From assembly GCA_951406725.2 (NCBI GenBank), contig OX597816.1:149854001-149918000 (forward strand): a stretch of 64,000 nt of DNA, read 5' to 3'. Below are positions 1 to 13,458 of this stretch, piece after piece. How positions within the stretch are numbered: the first letter of the stretch is position 1; every line of letters starts with the position of its first letter. The translations under genes and the position numbers were made by a program. Origin of the DNA: Octopus vulgaris. Its lineage: Eukaryota. The notes below the pieces were generated by a model. The model saw only the letters and a list, made by a program, of their open reading frames with translations, was not told the DNA's origin and ran no database searches.

Positions 1-186
1 TTGGTGGCAGGACGATTCAAAACCTAGCTCTCATTCCTTGGTTGTCATCAATATTATTTTTTTACTGCACCTGAATATCAGGAGAGAAAAATGAACAAGT
101 TTAAGATTGCCAGCAGCAAATGCTTATAATCTTCTGTCTTTCCTTTTGCATTATCCCATTCTTAGTCAAGTTCAATTATTTGAACT

Positions 187-197
187 AAATATATATA

Positions 198-234
<37 letters not shown>

Positions 235-620
235 GTAATAGATATAATATATATATATGTAATAGATATAATATATATATATGTAATAGATATAATATAT
301 ATATATATGTAATATATATAATATATATATATAATGTATACATAATATATATATAATATATATGTAATATATGTATATATATTACATATATATGATACAT
401 ATATATAATGCATATATATTACATATATATGGTACATATATATATAATGCATATATATTATATATTACATATATATGGTACATATATATATAATGCATAT
501 AAATTATATATATATATATACATACATAAATAAATTCATATATATATATATCTAATACACACACATTTATAAATACATATATTGACACACATACACACGT
601 GTGTGTGTATGTATATATAC

Positions 621-682
<62 letters not shown>

Positions 683-712
683 ATATATATATATATATAT
701 GAATATATATAA
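187..712. repeat. (TA)n-rich compound microsatellite
   Basis: Directly visible. Confidence 0.95.
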
Positions 713-1321
713 TTTCTTTTCTTAAATAAAAAACAAAATAATTTTCTGTAAATGTTCTTTCTTTTGCTTCTTTTTTCTTTTTCATATTAACAGGAAACTG
801 GAGTATTTGGATGACAGCAGTAAAAATTTCATCAAAGTAAAAAAAAAAACAAAAAACTTTCCTTCCTCCTTCCCTAAATACAGAGAGACATTCTCCTTTA
901 CCTTTTTTTTTTGTCTTTTTAAAAACAATACCAGATTAATGTTTTTGTGTTACTTATTGGTTGAGATATCCACCCACTCTGACCATGTTAAAAAAAAAAT
1001 CCTTAAAAAAATGAAAAAAAGAAACAAAACATGATGTTTGTATTTCTGTAAAACTTGTCATCTTTTTTTGTTTGTTTCTTCACATTACATGTAGAAAGTC
1101 TTGTCTGATGAGTCATAAGCATTGATGCAAATGAACTTTTTCATTTAGTCATTCACCAGTGTTTGTTATAAAGAAGAAACCATCATTAAAAACATGTAGA
1201 AAATAATTAAATAGCATTTCCAACCATTTCAGAAATATAGGAAAGAGTCAGAGAAGGTGGAGATGGAGAAGGAGGAGGTGAAGACTGTGCTTGTGGTGTA
1301 AGGGTTGTTGGGGTAAGTGAA

Positions 1322-1325
<4 letters not shown>

Positions 1326-1363
<38 letters not shown>

Positions 1364-1369
1364 TATATA

Positions 1370-1454
<85 letters not shown>

Positions 1455-1465
1455 ATATATATATG

Positions 1466-1552
<87 letters not shown>

Positions 1553-1585
1553 AAGTATATATATATGTATATATGTATGTATATA

Positions 1586-1641
<56 letters not shown>
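1326..1641. repeat. (TA)n microsatellite
   Basis: Directly visible. Confidence 0.97.
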
Positions 1642-1643
<2 letters not shown>

Positions 1644-2130
1644 GAAATATAAAAATAATAAGTCTTTAAAAACTAGACATTTTGAGTTAAAAATTAGGAA
1701 CATTATAAACTGCATTTTATAAAATGATTAGTAATAAATTAAAAGAAAAAATATGATTCATATTTTTCACACACACACACATTGACACATATCATAAATT
1801 ATATAAACTTAAATTATAGAAAATTAAATGTACATTCTTTTTGTTTGTTTACAGCAATATTAAAAAACCCCAACAAACACACAAATAAAATGCTCTATTT
1901 TTTCCACACGTTTTCAATTATCATTGTTATTTGTTATTATTATTATTATTATCAGTGATATTTTTGTTTATATTCTTCTCAAACTGACATCATCAGCATT
2001 AAGACCTGAAAGGTAGATATTCCAAAAAATGGTCTCTGACCATTAACAGTATCAAGAACAGGTCAAAAGCCTTTTTCAAATTGAACGGCGAGGCTGTGGA
2101 TCATATTTGAAAACACTTAAATACACACAT

Positions 2131-2162
<32 letters not shown>

Positions 2163-2614
2163 CGATGAAGATGATAATAATAATAAAAATAATAATAATG
2201 ATAATAATAATAATAAAGGTTAGGATTAATTGTTTTTTTTAGAAAATTAGAAAAGAAAATTTTTCCTTCAGTTTTAGATCATTCCAATGTGTTGGAGCAT
2301 GAGGGGTGTCATATATTTGTGTGTGCCTTTGAACATGTGTAATGGTGTTTCCACAAAGCCTCTTCAGTGAGCGCAAACATATTAGCTTATGTGTGGAATT
2401 ATATAACACAAAGTGGTGACGTTTAGGTGTTGTGCACATGTATGTATATCTATGCACACACATATACACACACACATGCACACACAAGGAAACATGAGAG
2501 ATATTGGATATGTGCATGTTTGCAAAGAGACATACTTATGTGCATGCACTACATGCACACAAATACATCTTTAGAGGCAAATATAAATATATATATATAT
2601 ATATATACATACAC

Positions 2615-2655
<41 letters not shown>

Positions 2656-3294
2656 GGTAGCTCATCTATCTATTTTGTGGGGTTGGCAGATTCTGTTAGC
2701 CAACCCGTAAGATACTCCATTGGTTGACAACAACCACACCTATGCCTCAGTCACAAGGAAGCGACATCTGTTAAATTGTCCATGGATGGTCGCTTATGAT
2801 CCCCAAAGACGTCTCAGTTTTGGTTGAGTTTGATTTCCATTTGGTTTCAGATTTTGGTTTTAGTTTGGCAAGGAAGGAAAATTGCATTTAATTTCAGTTA
2901 ACCAGTGGTGGTAGGAGGGTGGAGTCCGTGGAGTTTTTATCCGTCGGTTGTGGACGGGTAGGTGGAATCATTGTCGTTGTCGGCGACGGCGATGACAATG
3001 ATGACAGCGCAGCTGTCACAGCAACAACACAGTGATGACAGATAATAAAGATCTCGGATGTGTAATCATCAATGATCGTCATGATCATCTTCATCATCAT
3101 CATCATCCTTATGATCATCATCATTATCAACATCATCAAAAATCGTAGTCATCATAATCTTCATCATCATCATCATCATAATGCAAACCAAATAAGACAA
3201 GATTTGTTCAATTAATTTCCTCTGCTGCTGTTGCTTTTGTTGCTGTTGGGATTGTGGTTGCTCATGATGTTATATTTCATAAGGAAAAAGCCAG

Positions 3295-3336
3295 TCATTT
3301 CTTAGGGAGAGCATGCTGGATCTGCAGACAGGGTTC
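3295..3336 (-). CDS. Cav1: Candidate terminal coding exon (EPCLQIQHALPKK* if entered in phase 0)
   Basis: Good acceptor (TTTATTTCTTGTATATGCTTTTAG) followed by GC-richer sequence, then kilobases of UTR-like low-complexity DNA; no homology support. Confidence 0.35.
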   Translation of the reverse strand, partial: EPCLQIQHALPKK

Positions 3337-4899
3337 CTAAAAGCATATACAAGAAATAAAGATAAATTACAAACATGCACACATATATACATACCTACCT
3401 ACCAACATACTTATATAAGTGTGTTTGTGTGTGTATGCATACACATGTCAAATATATATATACACACACAAATGCACACATGTAGAAATATAAACATGTA
3501 CATATAGTATATGTGTATACATGAGTACACATACATTATCACATCAATATAGTGTATAATACAGAAAAATACATATATTACATATATGTATGTTTATGAA
3601 TTTATGTGTGTTCATATCTTTACATATTTATGCGTGTGTGGTTCCACTTTAAGATATGGCTACACTGAACTATAAAAGAAAGTACTTGAGAAATCAAGGG
3701 TCTCGGGCTCCATTGCTAATCTATATACTGTGCTTGCTATCAATAAATAAATACTATTGCTTCCAGTGCATTGCTCATAATGTTATTAAGACGGCCCTGA
3801 GTGTTTGTGTGCATGTTCGTATGTGATTGCTTGTTACAACGAGGTAAAGTGACTCAAGAGAATAAACTTCCAAGCCAATATACTTAGTAGATTATGAAAC
3901 AATGCTGCTTTTCAACTAATAAGAATATAAATACTCCATTTATGTCTTGTTAAGGACCTATCAATTTCTTTACTGTTGGTGCTGCAAGAAAATGCACCCA
4001 GTATACATTCTATAAAGTGGTTGGCAAATGGAAGGACATCTAGCTGTAGGAACCAAGCAAAATGACATAAATGAACACCAGTCTATGAGAGCAGCAGCTC
4101 CCAATAAAAAATGATTCCGATAGTAACAACCTGTCCAAATCACATAAAGATGAAAAGTGGATATAAACTGTTGCAGCAGTTCTTTTGTAATAATATTTCT
4201 TCTAACAAGTTGCCCTTGCTCTTGCTAAATGTTTAACAATGAAGAAAGAATGGGGACTGTTGTTAGTAAGACAGACTGAAGAAAGCAGAAGTTTTGAGTA
4301 CAAATATTAGTAAAATCAACTCCAGCAAAAAACAAAATTCACCCTGAATCAAATATGTAGGATAGAAGTGCCAGTCATTTCACCTTTACATCACATTCCA
4401 CACTTAGAACCTGTTCCTACCAAAGGATATATTTCATTGGTTTTACAGTGAAAAAAAATTATTTTCAAAGTGCATTATTATGCAGAATATTTACAAGTGA
4501 AATTTCAGTTGTTACAGTGTAAAACACCTCCAAAACAAAACATTTGATAAAGAAATATTAATTTTTTTAAGCAACCATCAATTGAAGAATTAAATGGTGA
4601 AATGATTAAATTTTGTTATGGTCCTTGAAGAAAGCAATTAAGAGAGAGAGAGAGAGAGAGAGGAGAAAATAATTTAATGATTGGTGGATTGTTGGCAGAA
4701 ATACTAGAGAGTTGGATAAAGAAAACCACTAAATATAAGAAAAAATGTACTCCTTGTTGAAAAATATTCCTGGTTGATACACACACAAACATATATGAAA
4801 ATATATATATGTATACATATATAAACATATATATGTGTATATATTATTTACAAATGTATATATCTGTATGTGTGTGTGTATACACACACACACACACAT

Positions 4900-4950
<51 letters not shown>

Positions 4951-5155
4951 TATATAGATACACATCCCCAACTCCACAGGCATGGCTGTATGATAAAAAG
5001 CTAGCTTCCCAACCATGTGGTCTTGGGTTCAGAATTACTGAGCAGTGCCTTGGGCAAGTGTTTTCCACTGCAGCCTAGGGTTGACTTTTATATGGCGTCT
5101 ATGGAAAATTCCCAGTTTTTTGGCCCAAAATAGGGGGTCGACTTTTACATGAAAT

Positions 5156-5207
<52 letters not shown>

Positions 5208-5329
5208 CATATATTGTCACTTTTTGGGGTATGCTATTGCTGGTGTTTTGCATGTGATTTTTTCTTGGAATCAGTTATGTTCTAAAATTTATTTTAGTAA
5301 GTTTCTGTCTAATGAGATGTTTTGTTTTA

Positions 5330-5512
5330 GAAGATAACATGGATTATGACCCTTCCTCGCTTAATCTAAGTTTAACATAGCAAAGAAGTTTTCAAGAGTA
5401 ATTAACAATAACTTCTCTAAAAACCACAAATATAGAAAACTTTTTAAGATGTATAATTTTAAAACCAGTTACAGCTCTATCAACAATATGAAAATTCTTA
5501 TATCCAACATTC
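5330..5512 (+). mobile_element. Penelope-like RT C-terminal fragment
   Basis: Translates to FNIAKKFSRVINNNFSKNHKYRKLFKMYNFKTSYS, the same segment as in the 20.4-kb copy. Confidence 0.55.
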
Positions 5513-7780
5513 TACTACACCAAGTTCCAGAATGAAAGAAAAAAGATGTATGGGTATGATGAACTGTAAATTCAAACAATATTATTAAAATCATACTGCC
5601 TTTTTGAGACACACTTACAAAAGAAATGTCACAAAATAGCCAAATTTCATTTGGCAAGGGAAAAAAAAAAGCAAAATAAACTTCAACATAAAAATAGAAA
5701 ATATTGGAAACAAAGTGATCATATAAAAATGAAAATAAATGATGTGGCCACTATCCAGCTTTTTATTTACAGTTATATGCTTGTGGCTTGTGTATGCATG
5801 TATGTGTGTGTTTACATTCATGTGTGTGTACATGTATGTCTACATGGGTTCCTCAATTATAAACACAGTGTTAAACATTTTTAGTTTTTTTTAATTTACA
5901 GACAGACACGGGCACTGAATGTGGATGTGTTGTGAAGGTTGGAAATTAATAAGGAATGTGTAGTGTTGGCATGCATGAATAGCAGCACACATATGAGCTG
6001 AGAGGATAAATGGACATCAGAAGAATCACCTGTCATTTACAAGACAGAAGACTGTACTGGCACAGACATGTAATAGGTGAGTGACAAACTGCCAAACAAT
6101 TCAAGTTAAGGAAAAGATGAGAGAAGAACAGGTGAAGTCTGATCTCATGTGCTAGACTTTATAAAGGATTTGACAAGAGGCTGCACTAAGTAGTACAATA
6201 TTATGCTGAAGTAAACCTATGTAAAAACGATGTGAAATAATTATGATTATGATATAATAAAATATAACATAAAGATGCTACTTATCTCTGGATTTGGGAG
6301 TGTTGAAAATGGATGAAAGCTAAAAATCATTGTACATAAAATATTATTCCATCAAATCACTTTCAGAAAATCTGATTCTTATTCTTGACATCAAAGTAAC
6401 CTGAGGCACATAGAATTATATATTCATCCAAAAGACAATTAAACACCTTAACAGTTTGTCATCTAATATTGAATTAGTTGACACTAACTGACAAAATGTG
6501 TTACAAGGGTAAATGTTTAACTTACCCTAATAACTGAAATATTTATTTACTAGTTACTTAATCGTCAAAATTACAAGTGAGTGCCATTCCTATTCCAAGG
6601 TCTTTCACTATATCAACCCAACAGAGTTGCCGTTCTAGAGAGATAAGATTTGAAGAAAAAAAAGACTATTGAAAAGTAATCACAATGTAGAGTAGTGGGG
6701 AGAGAGACAAACAGAGAGAGAGTGAGAGAGAGGGAGTTCATTTTGAAATTTACAATATGAGAAAAAGAAAACTTGAGAGAATAAAAATGAGGGTTGCAGA
6801 AAGGTACTTCTACAGGATATATCAGGCAGTTCAGCTTGGTGGAGGTCTTTCCTTTGAAAAGCTGTATGCACAATAATTGCTGAACCTAGCACTGCAAATT
6901 AATAAACTACTCATCACTTTTAAAGATCTGCTACTGATTGCCTCAGGCCATGGCACCTGTAACAGCCAGGTGGCTTGACCAAATTGAAAGTTGTACTGCT
7001 GGTTACTTTGATATCCATTCTCTTACTAAAAATTAGATATTAGAATAAAATCAGAAATAGGAACGATAAATATAGAAAAAGAAACAAGAATTAAAAAGTC
7101 TGACATAAAACAGGAGATAGTAGATAAGGTGTGTCAGTAGAAAACAGTTAAACTAACGAGGATTCAGGTTCAGCCCTCCCATCTCTAAAGGAAAAAAATG
7201 ATGTCAAGAAGTACAAAACTCTCCATGCTCTATAGATGTTAAAGAGTAAATATGTTAAGAAAATGAAACAAACAAGAACAAAAAGTTAAGATGAGAGGAG
7301 ATATGTACCTGTGTTTCAGGATTAGCTTCCTGAGTGACAGAGTCACTGAAATAAGAATCAGAACCATAATATATATGTGTGCATGTACGTATACATATAT
7401 ACATGTATACATACATATATCATACACACCCACACAAATACTCACACACAAAGAAATGCAATGTCAAGTCTTGGACCTTTAATACTTGATGGTGTCATAG
7501 GGATGCCATTGTGACATAGACATGTCTTGGTTAATTTTTGACCTGCCAGAAGCCATACCTCTTCAGGTCTGACCACAGCTAATTTCCTCCATGAAGAGAG
7601 ATAGGCAGAAAGAGAGGAAGAGAAGAATCAACCCTAAGACAAAACTAACACCTTATTTATCTATTCCAAGAGGATGTAAGACAAAGTTGAATGCAGTGAG
7701 AGTTGAACTAAGAATGCAGGGAACTAGAACTATTACAATAGAGAATCAATTCAATGCTCTAATAACTCTGCCAATTGGCT

Positions 7781-7815
<35 letters not shown>

Positions 7816-8135
7816 TCCACTCTGCTGAGTGGTTGGTGTTAGGAAGGGTATCCGCTGTAAAAATCCCGCCAAAACAGTCACAGAAGTCTGATGTAGGCTT
7901 CGGTTGGCCAGCTCTTGTAGTACCGTCCCACCCATGCTGGCATGGAAGTCAGACATTAAATGATGATGATGATGATATATATATATATACTGTCATCTTA
8001 TTTCACTCCATAATTGCCTTCTCTGAAGAGTGGAGAGTTACATAATTGGATTGTTACATAACACTCTGTTGAACTTCAAGTGTGAAACTGATAAGTAAGA
8101 TCAGTCTTAATGGATATATAATGCTGTACACATTG

Positions 8136-8171
<36 letters not shown>

Positions 8172-8175
<4 letters not shown>

Positions 8176-8553
8176 TGTTGCCAGGGCCACAAATTGAAAA
8201 GAACCATTCGAGCATGATTGTAGCCAGCACTGTCTTACCAGCACATGTGCCGGTGGCACATGAAAAACAACATTCTAGCATGGTTGCCAGACTGGCTCCC
8301 GTGCAGGTAGCATGTAAAAACACCTTTTGAGCATGAGCGTGGCCATTGCCAGAACTGCCTGACTGGCCCTCGTGCTGGTGGCACGTAAAGAGCATCCACT
8401 ACACTCTCGGAGGTGTTGGCATTAGGAAGGGCATCTAGCTGTAGAAACTTTGCCTGACCAGATTGAGCCTGGTGCAGCCTCTAGCTCATCAGTCCTCAGT
8501 CAAACTGTCCAATCCATGCCAGCATGGAAAGCGGACGTTAAACGATGATGATG
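8172..8553 (+). mobile_element. Copy of the (ATG)n-tailed retroposon family
   Basis: Same block; further copies near 7815-7975(+), 13818-13955(+), 15085-15312(+), 38556-38930(+), 44318-44470(-), 59537-59680(-). Confidence 0.8.
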
Positions 8554-9252
8554 TCCTTAATCTCTGATCAAACACTACTAGGGTATATAGTCATAGACGA
8601 ATTATAGTCATGCTATTTAGCTATCTCTGTGTGTGTATGTATGTGTGTATGTATATATATATATATATATAAATTAGAAAAAAACCCCACCTTTTATCAA
8701 TTCAAAATGAACAAATTATACCATCTAGAAAATTACATATAATAGAAATATTAAAATTAAAATAACAATAAAAAGTCAATGATAAAGTAAATTGCAAAAA
8801 AAAAAAATAATAAAAATGTATATAATTTGTAGAATAACGGGATCTAATGAATTACATTTAATTTAATTTAAGAATTAATTTGTCAGACAATATATTATCT
8901 AATTATTAGGTGGCTTATTTATTTGTAATATTAAATTTTAAGTTAATTAGGTATTATATTATTTGATATTTCGTCAACTTTGTTATAGATTGTTATATTA
9001 AATCTATAGATACTACACATGTATATTTATTATATGGTTAGCTTATTTAAGGAGTTTGTCTATATTTGAACCATTTCTTATTTTGATTACAATTTAATGA
9101 CTTGTACAAGCTTTGTGTATTTTATTTAATTTTAAAGTATTTAATAATTTAAGTATTGTTTTAGTTTTCACTTATGTATATTTAGTATTTTCATATATAT
9201 ATATCTTAAAGTATATTTATTCATTAATTATTTTATTGTTCTAGTTTATTTT

Positions 9253-9341
9253 TAACCTGATGAGTGACTATATTTATATTGAAGTGATTTCTCTACTACT
9301 ATAATCATTTCTTCAATATAGCCACGAAACACGTGTCGTTA
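9253..9341 (+). ncRNA. Type I hammerhead ribozyme (Penelope-type, palindromic stem III)
   Basis: Stem I UAAC/GUUA; CUGAUGA 9257-9263; long stem II (GUGAC/GCCAC, UAUAUUGAAG/CUUCAAUAUA); GAAA 9326-9329; ACACGUGU palindrome; GUC cleavage triplet 9335-9337. Confidence 0.85.
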
Positions 9342-9434
9342 TTCTACAAATTATATACGTTTTTATTATTATTTTTTCTGCAATTTACTTTATCATTGAA
9401 TTTTTATTGTTATTCTAATTTTAATATTTCTATT

Positions 9435-9562
9435 ATAACTTATAACTAGATCTCAAAAAGTATAAAAATGAATTATCAATATATAATATATTAATATATT
9501 AATTAATATATCATATATTGATAATTCCTTTTTATACTTTTTGAGGTCTAGTTATAAGTTAT
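9435..9562. repeat. 128-bp AT-rich palindrome inside the hammerhead element
   Basis: ATAACTTATAACTAGATCTCAAAAAGTATAAAAA... pairs with ...TTTTTATACTTTTTGAGGTCTAGTTATAAGTTAT. Confidence 0.85.
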
Positions 9563-10919
9563 GTTTTATAAAAATATATATTATTTGTTATTTATGTACT
9601 GGTTTATGTCTATCAATGTTTGAGTTATGTAATAGTGGTTTTATCTCTAATTTATATTTTATATATATATATATAGACACACACATACATACATACACAC
9701 ACACACTTGTATATATACATAGATGCATATACATATCATTATTTAAATCTGCATATCTTTCTAGGAGTGGCTTCTATCCATCAAACTCTATACATAATTT
9801 CTTGTGTATTTTTATCTTTTTGAAGGTGATCTTTTCCATGTATTTAAAAGCTTTCCCAAATAAACATACTCTTCATTTTAAAGGCTCCAAAGAAGATATA
9901 AGGTGATGCACAATTACTCAGCTCTAAGTACACTGCATTTTATCATAGAGACAGCTGTAAGCTAATGAAGTTGATTACATAATTCTTGTTCCCTAGTCAC
10001 TCCATTAATTTTATATTATGATCTGTACTTGCCTAAGACTTTATTTTGAAGCATATGTATATTAAGTTTCAACAGTAGGTTATTAGTATTACTAATCTTT
10101 CTTTACACACACACACCCACACACAAAGTTATATTTTGGAAGACTCATAACTAATAAAGCCTATAAACACACACAGTTGTTGTTTGTTTACAGTTCTCTC
10201 CTTTTTCAAAGCAGTTGTTGTCTGTCTGCATCACCATAGGCACACACAAACATGTATTCTTGTGTTGGTAACAACAAAAGGAAGCAAAGTAAACAAATAA
10301 ACACCAACACATCATTTGCTCACACATTAACTAAAGAAATGTAACAAAAAAAACAAAAAAAAGCAATTTAAAATCAAGCATTTGAAAATATAAACTCACT
10401 GAAAAGGATACAGATTGATGTGGTGAAAATCAGTTTTGGGTAATGTTGACAAATTACTACTACTATAGAGAAAGAAGAGAAACAGACAAACAACAAACAA
10501 TGAAGGTGTTTGTAGGTTTATTACTTTACTAGCTTAAAAGCTGCACTCTGTGCAAACTTTAAACTGGCTCCTGTGGAGGGCTAATTGGGCTTGAGGTCCA
10601 AAACTAAAGAGATCTAAATAGCATGACTATAATACGTCTATAATATCTATGTGCCCTAGTGGTGTTTGATCAGAGATTAAAGACAGATGAGAATTAATTC
10701 TGCAATGCAATCATTCCATTGTTCCAGTCCTAAGTTGAATTCTAACTGTTGGCCAATTTGTCCAAAAGTTCTGATCTCAACGTAAACTTAATGAAGCGAA
10801 TGTCATTTATCTCCCTCTTGATCTCTGATATCATCTGACAAATGCCAACCATGATGGAAGGCAGATATTAAACAATGATGATGATGACACACACACACAC
10901 AAACACACACAGATATGGT

Positions 10920-11450
10920 GGTTGGCTACTCCTTATGGAGAGTTTGACCACCTCCTGTACCTACACCTTAGCACCATCATGGCATCGGATGTGGCTTTTT
11001 AAACCAGACAATGTTCTGAAAAGACACCCACATAGATTGCACATCTGATTTGGACCACCAAGAGCTGCAGATAACTTCTACTCTTTGTGCATCTTAAAAT
11101 GTCTTTTGAGGCCTCTGTTGGATTTGCAAACCTTCTGGCATACACTGCATTCAAAGGCGTGCACAGACATATAGGCAGAATAGTTGGTGGAGGTTCATTT
11201 TCCATGTGTTTGTAGATGAGATTTGAGACCAGCAAAAGACAGGTATGGTCTGTTACAGCCTGTGCACACAAAAAGGTCATTGTCATTCACCTTCTCGATT
11301 GTTACATTCTTCCTTAGATCATCCTGGCCTCTTCAAATGCTTTCACTCCACTCCTTTGTTTGCCATCCAACTCGATCTGAAGCAAGGGTTTCTGTATCTT
11401 CTGGAACCATTCAAAGTGACTTCATAGTAGTCCTTATGCCGTCCTTAAAC
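10920..11450 (-). mobile_element. RTE-like LINE 3' fragment with C2H2 zinc finger
   Basis: Minus-strand TLASDRVGW...GVKAFEEAR and FECSVCQKVCKSNRGLKRHFKMHK in broken frames. Confidence 0.65.
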
Positions 11451-13458
11451 CTTACACATACATACACACACAATGGACTACATTCAGTTTCCATCAGCTG
11501 AATTTCCTCACAAGGCATTGATGAGCCCAGAGTTATAGTAAAAGAGTTGCATAGTGAAACTGAACCTAAATAATACCAAGTGGTTGAGAGGTGAGCCATG
11601 CTTCATATACACATATCAATCAATGTATCTAAATCATTTGCCTTCAGATGAAATAGTGACTTTTCAGAATCCCAGAGAGCTATCAGAGTTTAATTGTTTG
11701 AAGAACAAAATAAAATAATGTTGCATATATATTGCTATTTTTTTATATTTACATATGGCAAAAAATTTTGAAGGTATACCTAAAACAGGTCAAATGAAAA
11801 ACACAAGAAATACATAACTCTCACCCAATTTCCTAAGTCATATAAATTGATTCCTAGTACTTGGTAGGTATTTGACTTTAATAACTATATTACCAATTAG
11901 ATAAGAAGATATTTTTTATCTTATAACCATTGAAAATTAAGAGACTTTCATAAGAATTAGCAGCAATTTATTCAAGTATACTTAATAGGACTATTGTAAA
12001 GTGGTGTAGGAACAATGAGTATGGTGGAATAAGGCTTTGAAATATTTGAAAAAACAATCAACATCAACTGAATGTAGAAAGAGAGAAAGAGAAATTCTTT
12101 GCAAATTAAAACTGATACTGCTGACATTAAAAAAGATGATAACCTTTGATAAAATTTCAGTATATTTCTTAATCCTTTTGTCATCATATTTCTATTGGAA
12201 TACACTGTCATTCTTTCATTTCAGTTTGAAAACAATGAAGAATTTAGTAAATTAAACTTGTCATTACTAAGCTGGTGTCTTGAACATAAATTAACTTGAA
12301 ATTTTGATGGATGGTTTAAATTTAAATCCCTTTAAGCAAAGTTTGCATGATAGAACAAGGGACAGTCTCAGGCAGGTTGGTATCAAAAGGGATAACTAGA
12401 ATTGGAAAGAAGCTATGTGACTCGAGAAGCTAAAAATTACAAACTACACATAAAGTACCTAAGAAAAAGAACAGTAGAAAGGGAGTCACCCACAAGATTT
12501 TAGGAAGATTTTCAGATGAATGCTTTAAGATTACTTATGATTATGTCGCATTTAGACGTTTCTGTAAGACATTTTGGATAAACACAAAACTGATGCCATT
12601 AAAACAGCTCCAGCAATATTTCCATCTCTATAGAGACACTGTTATGCTAATTGGAAATTAATGAAGAAAGAGTTAAAGTACCTTTGTTTACGATGATGTA
12701 AATACACTGATGACAGAGGTATAAGGAATCAAACTATTTAAAAAGCATTTCCATAGATGTATACCTGATGCTGTAAGTTTCACTACTTATTTACATCAAG
12801 CATCCTCATCACAGTTAACAAATAGATACAATTCTATTTCATATATTAGGTTATTTTATTTTCGTATAATAAATGACACATACACACATACATACACGCT
12901 AGTATTAATTAAAAATTTTCTGAGATTCTAGATGTTAATAATCATGTGTGCATAATTACCAGAAAATGAACATTAAAGAATATAGAAATAGCATAGACCA
13001 AATTTCCTTTATTTTTATGTGTTATGAAGTCTTAATATTAATAATTGGTATAACCATTAACCTTATACACTGTAAGTTAAAGGGAAGCACCTAGGGAGCC
13101 AAATTGGCAGCAAGGTTTTGATTCCCAGTTATGGTTATTTCATGTGTATTGTTACAGAAAGTATGAATATTAAAATATACAATCTCCCCTACTCTTTAAT
13201 TCTGATGCCACATACATGCTTACACACACATACACACACACATATGCCAAGAACAGAGTCTCTATACATTTGTTTCTTCCTTCTAGAAATAATAGCCAGG
13301 GCTCCCTCAAGTTACATTTATCATATATATTATACTTAAAGATATTGCATAAACACATACACAATAGAGAGTTAACCTTTTACATAAATGTATGCTTGAA
13401 ATATTTTAGATGCTCTCCAAAAAACACAACAGTAACTCAAAAGTAAAACATATTTTAC

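Larger units (their letters stand above)
1..3294 (-). other. Possible long 3' UTR of the Cav1 gene
   Basis: Lies downstream of the candidate last exon; lacks the SINE/LINE relics common in the introns; rich in simple repeats and A-tracts on the minus strand. Confidence 0.3.
8672..9659 (+). mobile_element. AT-rich non-coding hammerhead-bearing element (non-autonomous Penelope-like or retrozyme-like) with inverted partial copy, set in (TA)n
   Basis: About 8728-8839 is the reverse complement of about 9337-9450; both outer ends read ATAAATTAGA.A.AAA.CC inward from TA runs; contains the ribozyme; no credible ORF. Confidence 0.65.

Noticed and set aside
162-1722. Many ORFs rich in YI/IY
   Set aside because: Translations of (TA)n microsatellites; the same applies near 17 kb and 41 kb.
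2894-3180. Poly-Met/Asp ORF with a CpG-rich Pro/Thr tail
   Set aside because: Built on (GAT)n repeats with stops in neighbouring frames and no splice link to Cav1; more likely UTR.
10160-10260. Open phase-0 frame after an AAG (NTCLCVPMVMQ...VCVL*) as an alternative last exon
   Set aside because: Weak acceptor, simple-repeat content and no homology.
11085-11160. C2H2 zinc finger as a possible host gene
   Set aside because: Single finger at the end of a frameshifted RTE-like ORF.
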